NCBI RefSeq assembly: GCF_009914755.1
Contig: NC_060946.1
DNA from: the human T2T-CHM13v2.0 reference genome, Homo sapiens
Reading direction: 5' to 3' (one strand)
Length of the DNA: 64,000 nucleotides
Of the stretch, positions 59,436 through 64,000 are shown one piece after another (the stretch's first letter is position 1; every line of letters starts with the position of its first letter). Both the position numbers and the translations under genes were made by a program. The notes beneath the pieces were generated by a model that saw nothing but the letters and a program-made list of their open reading frames with translations, did no database searches and was not told the DNA's origin.

Positions 59436-61523
59436 TTCTTTCATTATTCAAAATCTAAGTAGAAGCCAGTTGGTAATTCCAAGATAATAGTATGAAGACA
59501 AAAAAAAATGTTTGTTAACTGCCCTTCAACCATTGAGACCTTATCTTATAGGAAGCAAAATTAACAAATATTTTCTGCCTTCTACAAATGTACACCCTCT
59601 GAGAAAGAGAGACAGTGTTCCAATCAAGACGATGACAGTATTCTGTGCACACATAGGAAGGGAAGAAGAATAAGAGACAACCTTTATAAAGACAATTTTA
59701 GATAGGCATCCTATTTTTACCGGCAATAACATTTTGTAGAACTTACGGCATACCAAATAGACCTTAAATGGACTCAGTGCTGAGAAATTTTTATAAGGGT
59801 GCTTTATTTTCTTCTATGGCAAATCTAGGAACCAATAAAATAGCTTTGATAATTCACTCATTACATTCTTTCCTAACTAAACTATTTACATTATAAACTT
59901 TGTTGATATGCTGTGCTTTTGCATTAATAATTCTCATGTGTCTCATTTGTGAATACATGAAAACTAGTTGTAAAATAAGGAAAATGTAATTTTGAAACAT
60001 CTTCAAAAACAGTTGCATAATTTAACAAATGTTTATAAATTTTCGTCCTTACTCTAAAACCATAGATATCCTAAAAGTGATTGAAGATAAAATGATTTCT
60101 TTAAAGAACTGGATTTCTCACCCTGAGTTATTTTATCTCCATACAAACTGTAGTAGTGTTATACAATGGTTAAGAAGAAATTACTTAAAAGGGAGAATAA
60201 AGATACAGCTTATTAACATTTCATTTTGTGGATGAGACCTGAAAAATTAGACTTTTCTTCTAGAGACAAGTTGGAGTTAGTTGTGTATATAGAGTGTGAA
60301 TAGATAGTGTCCATATTTTACTGTCATTATTTAAACAGAAACATGTAATTTGTACTTCAAAAACCTACTAAAAATTAGCTGAGTCATTTGGAAGTGTCAA
60401 AATTATCTCATTAATGATCAGATAGGCTTCTGGCTCATTGTATTGAGATGTTCCTATAAACCAAATTTGAAAGACAAAGACAGAGTTTGGAGTCTTTAAT
60501 TCTTGGTAAAATCAGTAGGTCTATTTAGGGCTATATTTGCAAAATACTATTTCTACTCAAGCATATTTTTATTTACAAGGCGCTTCACAAATGTTGATCA
60601 CAAAGATGTTTCTACCTAGCAGAAATAATTATAGTTACACATAGTTGTCTAGGAATATCTTAAACATGGGGTATTAAAATAACTTTCAAGAACAAGAAGA
60701 AATGTTATACCAGGCATTTTTGCAACTAGTGCTCTATTTCAGTGCAATATTTGTGGCAATTAAAAAACATAAATGGCTTGTATATATAGCTAAGATATCA
60801 AAGGAAAAATATGCAAAGGCATTATTATTTTATAAATGTGCCACATATGTGACTTGTGGTACAAAACCTCTAAGTTTAAAATTGTCTTTTTAAAAAAGAA
60901 ATCAAAACAGACAAGTGGGCAATGAGTTATGGATACTATTATAGGGTACCCTGATAAACTAGTAAGAAGAAGACTTTTGGTACTGAAAATTCCAATTAAC
61001 CACATGCCTCCATTAAGGCCATGATCACTGCCAATTTTTACTCGCAAAGGCTGGAGCTAGAGTTATGTGGAATTCTATATGTATCTAAACCATAGATTTA
61101 TCAATTATCACTTAAACACAACTTGGAGGACACTATCCAGAATTTGTATGGCTTGGCCTTATTCTACAGAAACATACACTGGAATAGGCAGTTGGATTTT
61201 AAATTCAGTCTTAAATCTCTTGAAAATAATGCATTTTTTTCTCAGAGATGAGATATTGTCCAACTCTCTTGACTTATTTTAGATTTGATATTATACAGTT
61301 CGAACACCATGGAGATTTACTAATCTGAGTGAACACATACCAAATTAGTCTTTGCTCCAGTCTCAAAATCTGAGATTAATTCTGGCTGCTGAAGAAATTT
61401 TCCAGGGTTAGGAGTATGCTTCAACGCTGGTGATCGGTACTACTTTCTGGTAAACTATAGATGACATGTGCCCTTTCACTGCCTAAACTCACTTTGTAGA
61501 ACACCATTAAATGAAAATCATCA

Positions 61524-61795
61524 CCAGTAATTTGGGAGGCTAAGGTGGGCAGATCATTTGAGGTCAGGAGTTTGAGACCAGCCTGGTCAACATGATGAAA
61601 CCCCGTCTCTACTGAAAATACAAAAACTTATCCAGGCATGACGGGATGCACCTGGAATCCCAGCTACTTGGGAGGCTGAGGCAGGAAAATCGCCTGAATC
61701 CAGGATGTGAAGGTTTCAGTGAACAGAGATGTTGCCATTGCACTCCAGCCTGGGCAACAGAGTGAGACTTCATCTCCAAAAAAAGGAAAAAAAAA
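61524..61795 (+). mobile_element. 5'-truncated AluS (Sx-like)
   Basis: TTTGGGAGGCTAAGGTGGGCAGATCATTTGAGGTCAGGAG...GCAACAGAGTGAGACTTCATCTC plus A tail; possible TSD GAAAAT(C/T)ATCA at 61513 and 61814. Confidence 0.93.
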
Positions 61796-61935
61796 GAGAG
61801 ATAGAGAGAGAAAGAAAATTATCAGTGTACAGTGACTCTTTTTTTCATGCTGATAAACTATTACACAGAAAAAGAAATGTATCCATTATGGAGAATTAAA
61901 AGGGCTATACAATCTCTCTCATTGTATGATTCTGG

Positions 61936-62251
61936 TTTTTTCTTTTTCTTTTCTTTTTTTCTTTTTTTAAGACAGGATCTCACTCTGTCACCCAGGCTGG
62001 AATGCAGTGGCTCTATCTTGGCTCACTGCAACCTCAGCCTCCCAGGTTCAAGCTATTCTCCTGCCTTAGCCTCCTGAGTAGCTACGACTAAAGGCATTCA
62101 CCACCACGCCCAGCTAATTTGTGTATTTTTTAATACAGGTGGGGTTTTGCCATGTTGCCCAGGCTGGTCTTGAACTCCTGACCTCAAGTGATCCTCCTGC
62201 CTCAGCCTCCCTAAGTGTTGGCATTACAGGCATAAGCCACAAGGCTTGGCC
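61936..62251 (-). mobile_element. Full-length old Alu (AluJ/Sz-like)
   Basis: T tail, GACAGGATCTCACTCTGTCACCCAGGCTGG...GACCTCAAGTGATCCTCC...GGCC; TSD TGATTCTG at 61927 and 62252. Confidence 0.93.
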
Positions 62252-63850
62252 TGATTCTGTTTTTTAACACAATTCCTATTACTTCTGTTTTAATTTTACA
62301 AAGCCATAGGTTTTTAATCTGAGAAACCTTTGAGAAAGCATCCAGATAAATTTATAAATAGAAAAATAAATTCAGATACATAGAATTAAGTTTATGATCT
62401 AACTACTGGGTGGCAACTGAAAAATTTTCAAGTTCCATAAACTGAAGTGAAAGGATCACTTTCCTGAAAATATTACAAAGGCTTGATAATTACCTGGATT
62501 GTACTAAAACCTACACAATCTAGTATATTCTATAGCAGCAATGCATAAAGACAGCTTCACTTACCATGTAGAATTTATACGTACACTAAATTTAAGGAAT
62601 GCGTTACTTGTTATTGGAGTAGGAAAATAACTCCCAGCAGAACTGATTTGCATGAATGGCTATTAAACTATCATCAATGTAGAAATTAAACGTTAAGCTA
62701 TTCAGCCCCAGATGTGTGAGAGACAGAGAAAATCTTCAAATGAGTTCAGCTACCAAATCCCTTCCTCAATAGCTCTTTGAGTCTCAAGACAGTTTCAACC
62801 ACACACAACCTCAGAGTCTTATGGTCCAAACAACATTTGACTGCAGCTCTAAAGTAAGCAAACATTTGAAAAGAAACAATCAAAGATCTATGCCTATAGT
62901 TATGGTCAAGGAGGCCCACCTACTGGTGGGTGAGCATGGCAAGGATAGGGACTAAGAGAAATGATGGATTTACCAAAACAGAAACAAGATAAGCCAATGG
63001 AAGCAGAGTCCAGGTTATAACAGGAGCCCAGGCACTTGATGTGGGAACCCTATTTGTCTCACTTAGCGCTAGAGTTTTAACGTCCTAGGAAGCAGAGCTA
63101 ATGCCCTTCATTATTTTTTTTTGTAATTGACTGCATAGTTTAGAACTATGCCTTGAATTTAATATCTATCTGTTGAATAAATGAATTAATAATGATGAAA
63201 ATCTGTCCACAGGTTATGTGCAGTACTGAAGAGCAACTTCAGCTATTGAGGTATCTATCAGAAGTCTTCCTCTCTAAAAAGCCTCTGGTTAATTACTGAT
63301 ATAGGTTGCTGACAATTTCACTCTCACAATGTAGGGGAAGCAGGAATGTTATCTGGCCTCTTGGCTCCTATTCCTTTGCCTTCCACAGATCTCTCTGCTG
63401 GTTCACAGAGGAACAGTTTTGTGGCTTTCAGTTCATTTTGCAATTCTGCTAGAATCTCATTCCATCCTCAATTGTAACTAGCTTGTCCTTCACCCAATGC
63501 TTATTTATGGAGGGACAGATAGCAAGAAGAAATCGCACTCTGGATTACAAAGTGGGAAGAAGCACCCCTTGGCCAGAATGCCTGCCTCCTATGTTCATGA
63601 TGGATATTTCTAATTGATCTTGGCACTCTATTCCATTGAGCCCATGTCCCAAATTGGCCCTGAGTTAGGGAGAGGGCTCTAGAGTGGGAAAGGTGTACCC
63701 AAAACTTCCCTAATCTGACTATCAAGCCTAAAAAATTAAACTTTCAATTCAACATCCCTTGTTTCTCCAACTTGGAGTGCCTGATTGTGTGGGAAGCCCC
63801 TACTCATAAAAATTCATAGTTGAAGATTGTTGGTAATTTTGCCCAACCCC

Positions 63851-64000
63851 TTCTTTTTTTTGGTTATACTTTAAGTTCTAGGGTACATGTGCACAACGTG
63901 CAGGTTCGTTTCATATGTATACATGTGACATGTTGGTGTGCTGCACCCATTAACTCGTCATTTACATTAGGTATATATCCTAATGCTTTACCTCCCCTAG
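63851..64000 (-). mobile_element. L1PA 3' end, runs out of window
   Basis: T tract then TTATACTTTAAGTTCTAGGGTACATGTGCACAACGTGCAGG...CACCCATTAACTCGTCATTT. Confidence 0.93.

Noticed and set aside
56000-63850. Short 60-100 aa ORFs in the AT-rich region
   Set aside because: Low-complexity composition, overlap with repeat relics, no recognisable homology or exon chain.

Overview
Hominoid (human-like) heterochromatin boundary; no intact protein-coding gene is supported. 1-13.7 kb is a beta-satellite (68-bp Sau3A)/D4Z4 composite carrying three decayed DUX4-like copies on the + strand. The middle copy keeps the full layout of a distal 4qA-type unit (GC box, DBE, TATAA, long double-homeobox ORF, all four 3'UTR splice sites, pLAM-like exon 3), but plain beta-satellite sequence (GTCACA) sits where the FSHD polyA signal ATTAAA lies. 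The third copy is cut inside exon 1 and joined directly to Satellite III. 13.7-23.3 kb is canonical HSat3 (GGAAT with CAACCCGAGT). 23.3-48.9 kb is a diverged GGAGT/GGAAT array with a hidden ~2.8/5.6-kb higher-order period and two Alu-fragment cassettes at its far edge. 48.9-64 kb is AT-rich, intron/intergenic-like DNA with L1, Alu, LTR, DNA-transposon, MIR and L2 relics, including an L1 with an apparent short 3' transduction and a solo LTR containing a copy of its own flank. The hundreds of MEWNG/FHSIP ORFs are translation artefacts of the satellite. The chromosome cannot be assigned from sequence alone. Comparisons to DUX4/D4Z4/pLAM and repeat consensus sequences are from recall, not alignment. 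The components belong to known families; I found no evidence for a wholly new system, but several specific structural observations merit follow-up.
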